A stretch of DNA of 58,011 nt from Thermodesulfovibrionales bacterium (GTDB lineage Bacteria; Nitrospirota; Thermodesulfovibrionia; Thermodesulfovibrionales; JdFR-86), in assembly GCA_030682405.1 (NCBI GenBank), contig JAUXOF010000041.1, positions 1-58,011 on the forward strand. Reading direction: 5' to 3'. A program made the translations under genes and the position numbers. This document shows positions 46,580-56,058 of this stretch, in pieces (within the stretch, counting starts at the first letter, position 1; every line of letters starts with the position of its first letter). The notes beneath the pieces were generated by a model that searched no databases, was not told the origin of the DNA, and saw nothing but the letters and a program-made list of their open reading frames with translations.

Positions 46580-48232
46580 CTAACTCCTTTCCCCCTCAGG
46601 GGCCTTCTGTTGCCCGGCGCCGCTGTCCTTTGCGAGGCCGTTTCCGCTCCAGAAGGCGAGGGCGTCTATGATTAGCACTATCTTTCCGTTGCCGAGAATG
46701 GATGCCCCGACTATCCCGGCTGATTTCCCGAACGTGTCGTCAAGGGGTTTTATTACTATCTCCTGCTGGCCCCTCAGCCCGTCTACGGCGAGCGCGAGCC
46801 GCTTTTCCGCCTTCCTTACGACCACGAGGTAGAACTTTTTCCTCTTCGCGCCGCCGAGGTTGAAGAACCTGTTCATTCTGACAACGGGCAGCACTTGGTC
46901 CCTTAAGCGGATTACCTCGCGGTTGTTGACCATGTGTATGTCGCTCTCTTTCACCTTTACACTCTCGTCAACGGAGCTCATCGGTATTGCGTATATCTCG
47001 CCCGAGGACTCCGCCATGAGGGCGGGTATGATGGCAAGGCTCAGGGGAAGTTTAATGGTGAAAACGCTCCCCTTGCCGGAAACGCTTTCCACTGTCGTCT
47101 GTCCGTTCAGTCTGGATATGTTTCTGCTTACCACGTCAAGGCCGATGCCCCGGCCTGATATGTCCGAGGTCTCCTCCTTTGTGGTAAATCCCGGCATGAA
47201 GATAAAAGACATTAGGTCTTCCCTGCCCGGCAAGGCGTCCTCGCTTGAGAGGCCCCTCTCTATTGCCTTCCTCCGTATCTTTTCCGGGTCTATGCCCCTT
47301 CCGTCGTCCCTGACCCTTATGATTACGTAATTGGATTCCTGAGAGGCCGAAAGTATGATTTTGCCCTCAGGGCTTTTGCCCTTATTGATGCGTTCCGCCG
47401 GGGTCTCTATGCCGTGGTCTATGGCGTTTCTTATTATGTGAAGCAGGGGTTCGCCGAGTTCGTCAATGACGGTCTTGTCAAGCTCCGTGTCTTCGCCCTC
47501 AAAGGAGAGGACGACCTGCTTGCCCTGAGAGCGCGCTATGTCCATTACCATCCTTGGAAACTTGGAAAATACGACCTTCACCGGCAGCATCCGTATCTTC
47601 ATGATGCCTTCCTGAAGCTCGGATACCGTCTTGCCTATGAGTTGAAGCCCCTCATGCAGCTCATGTATGAGCGGCTTGGAGGCAAGGACGGGCTTTATCC
47701 TTTCCTCTATCTGGTTCATCCTCGTTTTGAAGATTACCAGCTCTCCGACCATGTTCAGAAGGTCGTCGAGCCTCTTGAAGTCCACCTTGATGGTGTCGGT
47801 CTTCGAGCCCATATACGCTTTAAGGGAGAGTGTCTTCTGTCCGGCGTCTTTTCCGTTTCCCTCGGCGGCATTCTTGAGGGAAAGTATGCCTTCGGCGAGG
47901 TCCGGATGGTTAGAGGGGTGTTCCTCTAAATGCGAAAGGGCGTCTCTTATGATGTTTGCGCTGTCAAGGAGCGTCTCCATTACTCCTTCAAGGGGTAACT
48001 TCTCTTCAACCACGGCCTTAAGGATGCCTTCGACCTGATGTATGTACGTCTTTAGGGACTCAAAGCCCATCATCCCGGAGTTCCCCTTAAGGGTGTGCAG
48101 CGAACCGAGGGTGTTCTGTATGAGGTCCCTGTCGAGGCCGTCGCGCTCTAAGGCCATCAGCGCGGCGTCGAATGCCCCGATGTGGACGTTGGCGTCGTCT
48201 ATGTAGTCTTTTATGAGCGCTGAGTAGTCCAA
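46580..48232 (-). CDS. cheA: chemotaxis histidine kinase CheA (Hpt-dimerisation-HATPase-CheW; no obvious P2)
   Basis: LHTLKGNSG (P1), TIKVDFKRLDDLLNMVGELVI, HIIRNAIDHGIE, DDGRGID, SGRGIGLDVV. Start placed at TTG 48232 to avoid a 59 bp overlap with cheY; uncertain. Confidence 0.93.
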   Translation of the reverse strand: MDYSALIKDYIDDANVHIGAFDAALMALERDGLDRDLIQNTLGSLHTLKGNSGMMGFESLKTYIHQVEGILKAVVEEKLPLEGVMETLLDSANIIRDALSHLEEHPSNHPDLAEGILSLKNAAEGNGKDAGQKTLSLKAYMGSKTDTIKVDFKRLDDLLNMVGELVIFKTRMNQIEERIKPVLASKPLIHELHEGLQLIGKTVSELQEGIMKIRMLPVKVVFSKFPRMVMDIARSQGKQVVLSFEGEDTELDKTVIDELGEPLLHIIRNAIDHGIETPAERINKGKSPEGKIILSASQESNYVIIRVRDDGRGIDPEKIRRKAIERGLSSEDALPGREDLMSFIFMPGFTTKEETSDISGRGIGLDVVSRNISRLNGQTTVESVSGKGSVFTIKLPLSLAIIPALMAESSGEIYAIPMSSVDESVKVKESDIHMVNNREVIRLRDQVLPVVRMNRFFNLGGAKRKKFYLVVVRKAEKRLALAVDGLRGQQEIVIKPLDDTFGKSAGIVGASILGNGKIVLIIDALAFWSGNGLAKDSGAGQQKAPEGERS

Positions 48233-48236
48233 TGCC

Positions 48237-48665
48237 TTATTTTGCCTGTAGGTGTTTAATGCCTGCCGCCATAAGAGGAGAGGGCTTTTTGGCAAGCACC
48301 TTCTCTATCAGGTCGTGGAGCACATCAGGCTTGAAGGGCTTAACCACATATCCCCATGCGCCTAACTTAAGCGCCCTCATCGTGTCGTCCTCCTTGCCCT
48401 CGGTGCTTATAACTATGATGGGGATGCCCTTATAAAGCCTGTCCGCCTTAATTTTTTCCATGAACTGCACGCCGTTCATTATGGGCATGTTTATGTCAAG
48501 GAGTATGAGTTCTATCCCGCCTTCCCTTGAGAGGATGTCGAGGGCTTCAAGGCCGTTCATGGCGTCAAGTATGGCGCAGTTTTTGTACCGGGTAAGTATC
48601 AGCCTGTACATCTGGTGGATAAGGTGTGAATCGTCGACTATTAATATCTTGTTCAGGGTAGACAT
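48237..48665 (-). CDS. cheY: single-domain response regulator CheY-like
   Basis: ILIVDDS, LLDINMPIMNG, IIVISTEG, YVVKPF; directly upstream of cheA. Confidence 0.85.
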   Translation of the reverse strand: MSTLNKILIVDDSHLIHQMYRLILTRYKNCAILDAMNGLEALDILSREGGIELILLDINMPIMNGVQFMEKIKADRLYKGIPIIVISTEGKEDDTMRALKLGAWGYVVKPFKPDVLHDLIEKVLAKKPSPLMAAGIKHLQAK

Positions 48666-48676
48666 TTGCCCTCCTT

Positions 48677-49060
48677 TTAGATGTCTTTTGATACTGCTAT
48701 ATCAAGCTCCTCAACCATTTTTATCAAGTCGTCCATGTCTATGGGTTTTTCAAAGTAATGGTAAGCGCCCCTTCTGCCGGCCTCTTCCTTCATCTCATCA
48801 GAGCCGTAAGCGGTCATTATAATCACCGCAGTCTCAGGGCTGATTTTCTTTACGTAGCTCAGGAGTTCAAGCCCTTCAATGCCGTCCACCCCGCTCAGCC
48901 TTATGTCAGCGATAACGAGGTCGAATTTGTATCTGACCAGCGCCTCTTCGGCCTCCTCGATTCTGCTGCTCGTTATTACAACGGTGTTCTCGTTGCTTAA
49001 GAGATGGGAAAGGGCCATCAGTATCACCGGCTCATCGTCAACCACTAAAATCTTTTTCAT
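48677..49060 (-). CDS. second single-domain response regulator
   Basis: ILVVDDE, ADIRL..VDG, IMTAYG, YFEKP. Confidence 0.85.
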   Translation of the reverse strand: MKKILVVDDEPVILMALSHLLSNENTVVITSSRIEEAEEALVRYKFDLVIADIRLSGVDGIEGLELLSYVKKISPETAVIIMTAYGSDEMKEEAGRRGAYHYFEKPIDMDDLIKMVEELDIAVSKDI

Positions 49061-49092
49061 GCTTTTTCCTCCGGGGAATTTTCCTATAAAAT

Positions 49093-49108
49093 AGCAAAAG
49101 AGATGCCA
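49093..49108 (-). promoter_or_regulatory. sigma54 (-24/-12) promoter of the chemosensory operon
   Basis: Minus strand TGGCAT-CTCTT-TTGCT (GG-N10-GC), 33 nt upstream of the first operon ATG and downstream of a sigma54 activator gene. Confidence 0.75.
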
Positions 49109-49224
49109 GAGCGGGAGGCGATGAAAGAGCCTGAAAATAAAGGATTGTTTATCTTCTGCCGGAGAGTGGCTGTTTTGTGCTGTATGAAGACAGGACGCCT
49201 CTGACCGATATTAGGACGGAAGCG

Positions 49225-50559
49225 TTAATGGCTCTGAATATCGTAGCCCTTCATCTTCTCTATAAGGGTTGACCGGGAAATTCCCATAATCTTTGCGGCC
49301 TTTGTCCGGTTGCCTGCCGTAGACTCAAGGACATTAAAGATATGAGAGCGCACAATATCTTCAATCTTTTGTCCTGCCCCTGCAATGGGCGGCGCTGCCG
49401 AAGGCGACGTGCCGCTTTTTAGCACTATATTTTCTGCGTTTATAACCCGTCCATGGGCCAGTATGGAGGCCCTTTCGATGATGTTTCTCAGTTCCCTGAT
49501 ATTGCCGGGCCAGTTGTAGGAGCAGAGGAGTTCCATCGCGCCTTTTTCAAACCCGGTGCGCTTCCTTCCGGTTGCGTTGTTTATCTCCATGAGGAAGAAC
49601 TCCGCAAGCAGGGGGATGTCTTCGGGCCGTTCCCTCAGAGGCGGTATTGTTACAGGCATTACGTTTAGCCTGTAATACAGGTCTTCTCTGAATGTCCCGT
49701 TCTTTACGGCCTGTTCGATGTCCTTGTTTGTGGCTGCAATGATTCTTACCTCAACCTTTATATCTCTGGTGCCGCCAAGCCGGCGGAAGGCCTTTGTCTC
49801 TATGACCCTGAGGAGTTTGCTCTGGGCGGCAAGGGGCATATCGCCTATCTCGTCAAGGAACAATGTGCCGTTGTCCGCAAGTTCAATCAGCCCCCTTTTT
49901 GCCGACTTTGCGTCCGTAAACGCCCCTGCCTCGTACCCGAACATTTCGCTTTCAATCATATTTTCCGGGATGGAGGCGCAGTTTATGTCAATGAAGGGAT
50001 TAGAGCCTTTTATGCTCTGAAAATGGATATTCCTTGCTACAAGCTCCTTGCCCGTCCCTGTCTCGCCCCGTATCAAGAGGGTTGTCGAGGGGTTTTCAGC
50101 CATGAGGTTAACCATGTGGATGAGTCCCTGCACAGCCCTGCCCCTTCCTATGATGAGGTATGGCGACTTCCTGCAGAAGGCCAGTTCCTGCCGCAGTTTT
50201 ATTATCTCGGAGCTCTTTTCGATTATAGCGCCGAGTTCATCGAGGTCTATGGGTTTCTGGAAATAGTTCTCGGCCCCGAGTTTGATGGCCTCTATGGCCT
50301 CGTTAATCTCCCCGAAGGCGGTCATTATATAGACGGCGGTTGACGGCGAGCCGGACTTTATCTCCTTCAGGATGTTCAGGCCGTAAGCGTCGGGAAGCCT
50401 GAGGTCAAGGAGGACTATGTCGGGCCGGTTCTTAAGCGCAGCATCAATCCCCTCTTCCCCTGTTTCCGCGGCCAGCACTTCGTAGTCCTTTGCTTCGAAA
50501 AAGACCTTAAGCGCAAGCCGTATGGACGGTTCATCCTCTATTAGAAGAATCCGCAGCAT
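49225..50559 (-). CDS. sigma54-dependent response regulator (NtrC/AtoC family)
   Basis: REC, Walker A GETGTGKE, ESEMFGYEAGAFTDA, LFLDEIG, FREDLYYRL, WPGNIREL, Fis HTH NRTKAAKIMGISRSTL. Confidence 0.95.
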   Translation of the reverse strand: MLRILLIEDEPSIRLALKVFFEAKDYEVLAAETGEEGIDAALKNRPDIVLLDLRLPDAYGLNILKEIKSGSPSTAVYIMTAFGEINEAIEAIKLGAENYFQKPIDLDELGAIIEKSSEIIKLRQELAFCRKSPYLIIGRGRAVQGLIHMVNLMAENPSTTLLIRGETGTGKELVARNIHFQSIKGSNPFIDINCASIPENMIESEMFGYEAGAFTDAKSAKRGLIELADNGTLFLDEIGDMPLAAQSKLLRVIETKAFRRLGGTRDIKVEVRIIAATNKDIEQAVKNGTFREDLYYRLNVMPVTIPPLRERPEDIPLLAEFFLMEINNATGRKRTGFEKGAMELLCSYNWPGNIRELRNIIERASILAHGRVINAENIVLKSGTSPSAAPPIAGAGQKIEDIVRSHIFNVLESTAGNRTKAAKIMGISRSTLIEKMKGYDIQSH

Positions 50560-50580
50560 GTCTGGGGTCTTTCTTAAAGC

Positions 50581-51813
50581 CTATTTTTTCTTCAGGCCGA
50601 AGGCATCGTGAAGCGCCCTGACGGCAAGCTCGGTGTATTTTGCGTCTATCACGCATGAGACCTTTATCTCCGAAGTGCTTATCATTATGATATTGATGTT
50701 GTGCTTTGCCAGCGTTGCGAACATCTTGGCCGCCACCCCGGAGTGCGTCCTCATGCCGACTCCGATAATGGAAACCTTAGAGATGTCGTCCCTCAGAGCA
50801 ACGCCCTTTGCATTAAGCCCCTTTACAATCTTTTCGGTCAGGTTAAGCGCCTTTTTGCTGTCCGTCTTGGGCACGGTGAAGGAAATGTCCGTGGCCTTTC
50901 CGTCGGAGCTTACGTTCTGCACTATCATGTCCACGACGAGGTCTGCCTCTGCAATGGAACTGAAGAGCCTTGCCGCTATCCCCGGCCTGTCGGGCACTCC
51001 CATAACCGTAATCTTCGCCTGGTTTTTGTCGTATGCGATTCCGGATACCACAACATGTTCCATCTCCTCATCCTCCTTAATGACAACCGTTCCGGGGTTG
51101 TAGTTGAAGCTTGACCTGACGACAAGCGGGACATTGTACTTCTTGGCAAGCTCCACAGACCTCGTCTGAAGCACCTTGGCTCCGAGGCTTGCCAGTTCAA
51201 GCATCTCGTCATACGATATCCTGTCGAGCTTTCTGGCCTCTGGCACGATATTGGGGTCGGTCGTGTAAACGCCGTCAACATCCGTGTATATTTCGCAGGC
51301 GTCGGCTTTAAGCGCTGCGGCTACGGCAACTGCCGTGAGGTCTGAGCCGCCCCTGCCGAGGGTTGTTACATCGGAGGTTTCGGTTATGCCCTGAAAGCCC
51401 GCAATAACCGGGATTATTCCCTTTTTCACCGCCTCTTTCACCCTGCCGGCGGTAATCTTTTCTATCTTGGCCTTTGTATGAAGGGTGTCGGTTATAATCC
51501 CGACCTGCCTTCCTGTGAAGGCCATGGCCCGCTTGCCGAGTTCCTCCAAGGCCATTGCCGTAAGCGCGCTTGTGATGCGTTCGCCCGAGGAAAGCAGCAG
51601 GTCCATCTCCCTTTCCGGCGGGGACGATGAAACGCCGTTCGCAAGGGCTATGAGCTTGTCCGTCTCGCCGGACATGGCAGAGACGACGACCACTACGCCC
51701 TTGCCCTCATCGGCAGTCCTTGCAACCCTTTTTGCAACGGCCTTTATGCGTTCTATGTTTCCGACGGACGTGCCGCCGTACTTCTGAACGACCAGAATTT
51801 TGCGTGAAGCCAA
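50581..51813 (-). CDS. lysC: aspartate kinase
   Basis: [41 protein letters not shown], two ACT domains. Confidence 0.95.
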   Translation of the reverse strand: MASRKILVVQKYGGTSVGNIERIKAVAKRVARTADEGKGVVVVVSAMSGETDKLIALANGVSSSPPEREMDLLLSSGERITSALTAMALEELGKRAMAFTGRQVGIITDTLHTKAKIEKITAGRVKEAVKKGIIPVIAGFQGITETSDVTTLGRGGSDLTAVAVAAALKADACEIYTDVDGVYTTDPNIVPEARKLDRISYDEMLELASLGAKVLQTRSVELAKKYNVPLVVRSSFNYNPGTVVIKEDEEMEHVVVSGIAYDKNQAKITVMGVPDRPGIAARLFSSIAEADLVVDMIVQNVSSDGKATDISFTVPKTDSKKALNLTEKIVKGLNAKGVALRDDISKVSIIGVGMRTHSGVAAKMFATLAKHNINIIMISTSEIKVSCVIDAKYTELAVRALHDAFGLKKK

Positions 51814-51817
51814 CCCC

Positions 51818-53029
51818 CTACCCCTCCTTCATAAAGTAGTCCATAAGCCTGAAACCCTCTTCTATCCTCACGATGTCGTCTCTTTCAGAGAGCGTCTCGT
51901 CAAACCGCGCGCCCTTGTTGTCTTTCTTTTGCCTGCTGTCGTAAAGGACAAACGGGACAGGCTCCTCAGTATGGGTCCTGGCCTCTACGGGAGTTGCGTG
52001 GTCAGGAAGCAGGAGGATTTTATACTCATCAAAGGGCTTGATGCCCCTCAGGACGGTTCCCACGACAAGGGCGTCAAAGTCCTCTATCGCCTTTATCTTG
52101 TCGTTACAATTGCCGGAATGCCCGGCCTCATCCGGCGCCTCCACGTGGATATACGCAAAGTCCACCCGTTCGAGGGCATTAAGCGAATACTCCGCCTTTC
52201 CCACATAGTTTGTATCGAGGTAGCCCGTAACTCCCGGCACCTTCAATATCTCAAGTCCCGCATAAATGCCGAGCCCTTTTGTGAGGTCTACTGCCGAGAC
52301 CATTACGCCCTTAATTCCGTATCTTTGGGTAAAGGACGGCAGGCTCGGTTTTTTGCCCTGCCCCCAGAGCCATATGCTGTTGGCCTGCCTCCTGCCGCTT
52401 TCAACCCTTTTCTTGTTTACCGGGTGAGCTTCAAGCACTCCGACGGAACGGAGCATCAAATCCCTGAGGGTTTCCTCGCCTTCTCCAACAGGGAGGTAGT
52501 CCGTGACCTCTTTATCAAGGATGTCGTGCGGCGGGGTGCATTCAGGGCCGAGCGAGCCGCCCGCCCAGACCATGAGGTGCCTGTAGCTTACGCCCGGATA
52601 AAATGTTATCTCCTCCGAGCCGAGCGATGCGTTCAACTCTTTAATCAGTTCTGCGGCCTCTCCGGTTGATATATGTCCGGCGCAGTAGTCTTTCATGTGC
52701 GCCCTTGCCATTTGTTTGTCATAGCCTAAAGTGACGAGGTTGCACCTGTAGGCCACATCTTTTTCTTTAAGCCCGACGCCCATGCTTGCGGCCTCAAAAG
52801 GCGCCCTGCCGGTATAGTACTGTGCAGGGTCGTATCCCAGTATGCTCAGGTTGGCCACGTCCGAGCCGGGGTGGAAGCCTTTCGGGATGGTCCTTACCAT
52901 GCCGATTGTGCCTTCTCTTGCGAGTTTGTCCATGTTGGGCGTGAAGGCCTTCTCAAGAGGGGTTTTACCGCCAAGTTCTTTTACCGGCCTGTCGGCCATC
53001 CCATCGCCAATCATGACGATATATTTCAT
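51818..53029 (-). CDS. apgM: cofactor-independent phosphoglycerate mutase family (ApgM-like; candidate homoserine kinase substitute)
   Basis: [31 protein letters not shown] metalloenzyme motifs; translationally coupled to thrC. Confidence 0.85.
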   Translation of the reverse strand: MKYIVMIGDGMADRPVKELGGKTPLEKAFTPNMDKLAREGTIGMVRTIPKGFHPGSDVANLSILGYDPAQYYTGRAPFEAASMGVGLKEKDVAYRCNLVTLGYDKQMARAHMKDYCAGHISTGEAAELIKELNASLGSEEITFYPGVSYRHLMVWAGGSLGPECTPPHDILDKEVTDYLPVGEGEETLRDLMLRSVGVLEAHPVNKKRVESGRRQANSIWLWGQGKKPSLPSFTQRYGIKGVMVSAVDLTKGLGIYAGLEILKVPGVTGYLDTNYVGKAEYSLNALERVDFAYIHVEAPDEAGHSGNCNDKIKAIEDFDALVVGTVLRGIKPFDEYKILLLPDHATPVEARTHTEEPVPFVLYDSRQKKDNKGARFDETLSERDDIVRIEEGFRLMDYFMKEG

Positions 53030-54093
53030 AATATCCTCTCAATTGCATCCTGAACAGTGCGCAGGACGGCCTTTACCTTCAGGGGCTTCTCTGTTACCTT
53101 AAACACGGTATCCGGATCCTTAAGCCCGTGGCCGGTGAGGGTGCAGACGACTTCGTCTCCGGGCTTGAGGAAGCCTTCTTTATGGAGTTTGATTACGCCT
53201 GCCAAAGAGGAGGCGGATGCAGGCTCGCAGAATATGCCTTCTTGAGAGGCTATCAGGCTGTAAGCCCGGAGTATCTCGTCGTCGGTGACAGCCTCTATCC
53301 TGCCGCCGGATTCGTCCCTTGCCGCTACAGCGCCTTTCCAGCTTGCCGGGTTCCCTATCCTGATGGCAGTGGCGATGGTCTCGGGTTTTTCCACAGGCCT
53401 TCCGAGCACAATGGGCGCTGCCCCTGCAGCCTGAAACCCGAGCATACGGGGAAGGGAAGACACCCTGCCTTTGTCCTTATATTCCTTATAGCCCATCCAG
53501 TAGGCGGTTATGTTCCCTGCGTTTCCAACGGGAAGGGCATGATACCTCGGCGCCCTGCCGAATTCGTCCGCCACCTCGAATGCGGCGGTCTTCTGCCCCT
53601 CAATCCTGAAGGGGTTTATGGAATTCACAAGGGTTATGGGATAAATCCCGACTATAGACTTTACTATGGAAAGGGCCTCGTCAAAATTGCCTTCAAGCTG
53701 GAGCACGCGGGCGCCGTGTATGAGGGCCTGTGCGAGCTTCCCGAAGGCTATCTTCCCTTCAGGTATCAATACTATGCACTTTATGCCCGCCCTTGCCGCA
53801 TATGCCGCTGCCGAGGCAGAGGTGTTTCCGGTAGATGCGCATATCACCGCGCTTGAGTCCGCCTCAAGCGCCTTTGATATGGCGAGGGACATGCCCCTGT
53901 CTTTGAACGAGCCTGTGGGGTTTGCGCCCTCGAATTTAAAATAAACGTCTATGCCGGGAAGTATCTCCTTGAGGTTTCTCGCCTTTATAAGAGGTGTATG
54001 GCCTTCCTTCAGCGTTATGACAGGGGTCTTTTCCGTAACCGGCAAAAACTCCTTGTACTGCTCGATTATGCCGCTCCAGATTAGTTCACTCAT
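53026..54093 (-). CDS. thrC: threonine synthase
   Basis: [66 protein letters not shown]. Confidence 0.93.
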   Translation of the reverse strand: MSELIWSGIIEQYKEFLPVTEKTPVITLKEGHTPLIKARNLKEILPGIDVYFKFEGANPTGSFKDRGMSLAISKALEADSSAVICASTGNTSASAAAYAARAGIKCIVLIPEGKIAFGKLAQALIHGARVLQLEGNFDEALSIVKSIVGIYPITLVNSINPFRIEGQKTAAFEVADEFGRAPRYHALPVGNAGNITAYWMGYKEYKDKGRVSSLPRMLGFQAAGAAPIVLGRPVEKPETIATAIRIGNPASWKGAVAARDESGGRIEAVTDDEILRAYSLIASQEGIFCEPASASSLAGVIKLHKEGFLKPGDEVVCTLTGHGLKDPDTVFKVTEKPLKVKAVLRTVQDAIERIL

Positions 54094-54330
54094 TCACTCA
54101 ACTATGTCACCTTCTACAAGTTCCACCTCAACGCCCTGGTCGCGGAGATACTGTATGCCTTTTCCGAGGTTTTTTTCTTCGCCCTCAAGTTCAAGCACCA
54201 TCTCGCCCACTGTTTCGGTAACCCTTGCCCTTCTGATGTTAGGCATCACATCAAATTTCTTGGCCATTGCAAATATCACAGGCTCCTTTATGAGATGCTG
54301 CGGAAAAGTAAGCTTAACCCTTTTTTTCAT
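54094..54330 (-). CDS. stand-alone NIL-domain protein
   Basis: VKLTFP..LIKEPVI...FDVMPNIRRARV....GEMVLELEG......GIQYLRDQGVEVE is the NIL (ACT-like) pattern. Confidence 0.85.
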   Translation of the reverse strand: MKKRVKLTFPQHLIKEPVIFAMAKKFDVMPNIRRARVTETVGEMVLELEGEEKNLGKGIQYLRDQGVEVELVEGDIVE

Positions 54331-54339
54331 CTATCCTCC

Positions 54340-54663
54340 TTAGTGATTTTCCACGAAAAGAAGGTTCGCAACCCCTTCCCGTGGGGGTTCGCAACCCCCG
54401 GCGATGGCAGGGACTATCGAGACCTCGTCGCCGTCTTTTACCTCGGTCTGCTCCGCCTTGAGAAATCTTATGTCTTCCTCGTTGACATAGATATTGACGA
54501 ACCTTCGTATCTTGCCCCCTTCGGACAGCCTTTCGCCTATTCCTGGGAACTTAGCTTCAAGGTCGTTTAGAAGGCCTATCACCGTTCCCGGCTTGCCCTC
54601 GACCTCCTCTTTCCCCTCTGTAAGCCGCTGAAGCGGACTCGGAATCTTTACCTTCACAGCCAT
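54340..54663 (-). CDS. MoaD/ThiS/CysO-family ubiquitin-like sulfur carrier with 17-aa extension after GG
   Basis: VKVKIPSPL...RRFVNIYVNEEDIRFL...DGDEVSIVPAIAGG then CEPPREGVANLLFVENH*. Confidence 0.9.
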   Translation of the reverse strand: MAVKVKIPSPLQRLTEGKEEVEGKPGTVIGLLNDLEAKFPGIGERLSEGGKIRRFVNIYVNEEDIRFLKAEQTEVKDGDEVSIVPAIAGGCEPPREGVANLLFVENH

Positions 54664-54704
54664 TCTGAAATCACCTCCATACAGGGCAGCGCCCCTTTCT
54701 CGAT

Positions 54705-55940
54705 TTAAGTTTTAAGCCCCTTAAGCACATCTTCGAACGATGCAAGGTTTGCCTTTATATGATGCACGCTTGCCATATGCCCTGAAAGGGCCTCCTGTGT
54801 CTTAAGCCCGTTGCCGGTTATACAGAGCACAATGCTTTCGTCCCTTGATATTTTACCGGTTTCGATGAGCTTTTTTGCGCAGGCCAAAGTGACGCCCCCT
54901 GCGGTTTCGGCAAACACGCCCTCGGTTTTTGCAAGGAGTTTAATCGCATCTATTATCTCCCTGTCGGAGACGTCCTCGGCATACCCGCCGCTTTCCCTCA
55001 TGGCCTGAAGCGCATAGAAGCCGTCTGCGGGGTTTCCTATGGCAAGGGACTTTGCCACGGTGTCTGGCTTGACCGGCCTTATGACGTCCGTGCCCTGCTT
55101 CATTGCAGCCGCTATGGGAGAACATCCTGTCGCCTGCGCTCCGAAGAGCTTTGTCGGAAGCTCCTTGATTATCCCTATCTCCTTAAATTCCTTGAAACTC
55201 TTCCATATCTTTGTAAGGAGCGAGCCGCTTGCGCACGGCACTACGATGTTGTCCGGCGCCTTCCAGCCCAACTGCTCCGCTATCTCAAAGCCCTGCGTTT
55301 TAGAACCCTCGGCATAGAAGGGCCTGATGTTGATATTTACAAAAGCCCATTTGTATTTATTGGCTATCTCGCTACAGAGCCTGTTGACGTCGTCGTAACT
55401 GCCGTCCACTGCCAAGAGGTTCGGCTCATATACAAGGGATGCCACTATCTTGCTCGGCTCAAGCGTGGCCGGAATGAATATGAACCTTTTGAAACCCGCC
55501 CTTGCGCCGTGGGCTGAGACCGCCTGCGCAAGATTGCCGGTGGATGCACAGGCCACGGTGTCAAAGCCGAACTCCTTTGCCTTTGTCAGGGCAACGGCAA
55601 CGACCCTGTCCTTAAAAGAGAGTGTGGGGTGGACTACTGTATCGTCCTTTATATAAAGCTCGTTGACACCGAGTTCCTTTGCGAGGTTTTCGGCCTTAAG
55701 AAGCGGCGTGCAGCCGGATTCAAGCCCGACCTGCGGCTCGCCGTCTATGGGCAGAAGCTCCTTGTAGCGCCAGAGGTTTTGTTCTCTCTTCTCTATATTC
55801 TTTTTTGTAAGGACCTTTTTTATTCCTTTATAGTCGTAAACGACCTCAAGCGGGCCGAAACAGAACTCGCATACGTAAACCGGCTCTACGGCGTAATCCC
55901 TGCCGCACTCCCTGCATTTTAAGCCTGTTACATAGCCCAA
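54705..55940 (-). CDS. second threonine-synthase-like PLP enzyme with N-terminal Zn ribbon (candidate sulfur-carrier-dependent sulfhydrylase)
   Basis: CRECG...CEFC, PTLSFKDR, CASTGNLA, FYAEGSKT, VAKSLAIGNPADG, TGNGLKT; TTG 55940 is 8 nt after GGAGG. Confidence 0.85.
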   Translation of the reverse strand: MGYVTGLKCRECGRDYAVEPVYVCEFCFGPLEVVYDYKGIKKVLTKKNIEKREQNLWRYKELLPIDGEPQVGLESGCTPLLKAENLAKELGVNELYIKDDTVVHPTLSFKDRVVAVALTKAKEFGFDTVACASTGNLAQAVSAHGARAGFKRFIFIPATLEPSKIVASLVYEPNLLAVDGSYDDVNRLCSEIANKYKWAFVNINIRPFYAEGSKTQGFEIAEQLGWKAPDNIVVPCASGSLLTKIWKSFKEFKEIGIIKELPTKLFGAQATGCSPIAAAMKQGTDVIRPVKPDTVAKSLAIGNPADGFYALQAMRESGGYAEDVSDREIIDAIKLLAKTEGVFAETAGGVTLACAKKLIETGKISRDESIVLCITGNGLKTQEALSGHMASVHHIKANLASFEDVLKGLKT

Positions 55941-55976
55941 CCCTCTCACCTCCATAGGACTAAAGTGTTGTATGTT

Positions 55977-56000
55977 CCTTCAAATTATATATTATTTGAA
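55977..56000. promoter_or_regulatory. 9-6-9 inverted repeat enclosing a minus-strand TATAAT (candidate operator/promoter)
   Basis: CCTTCAAAT-TATATT-ATTTGAAGG; TATAAT on the minus strand at 55989-55984. Confidence 0.45.
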
Positions 56001-56058
56001 GGGGAGATTAGAAATAATATTTTACTTTAAACCGTGGAAATTAAAAACCCCTTCGGCG

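Noticed and set aside
55956-56058. SAM or T-box riboswitch ahead of the ThrC-like gene
   Set aside because: Only ~100 nt, very AT-rich, and none of the conserved SAM-I or T-box sequence elements are visible.
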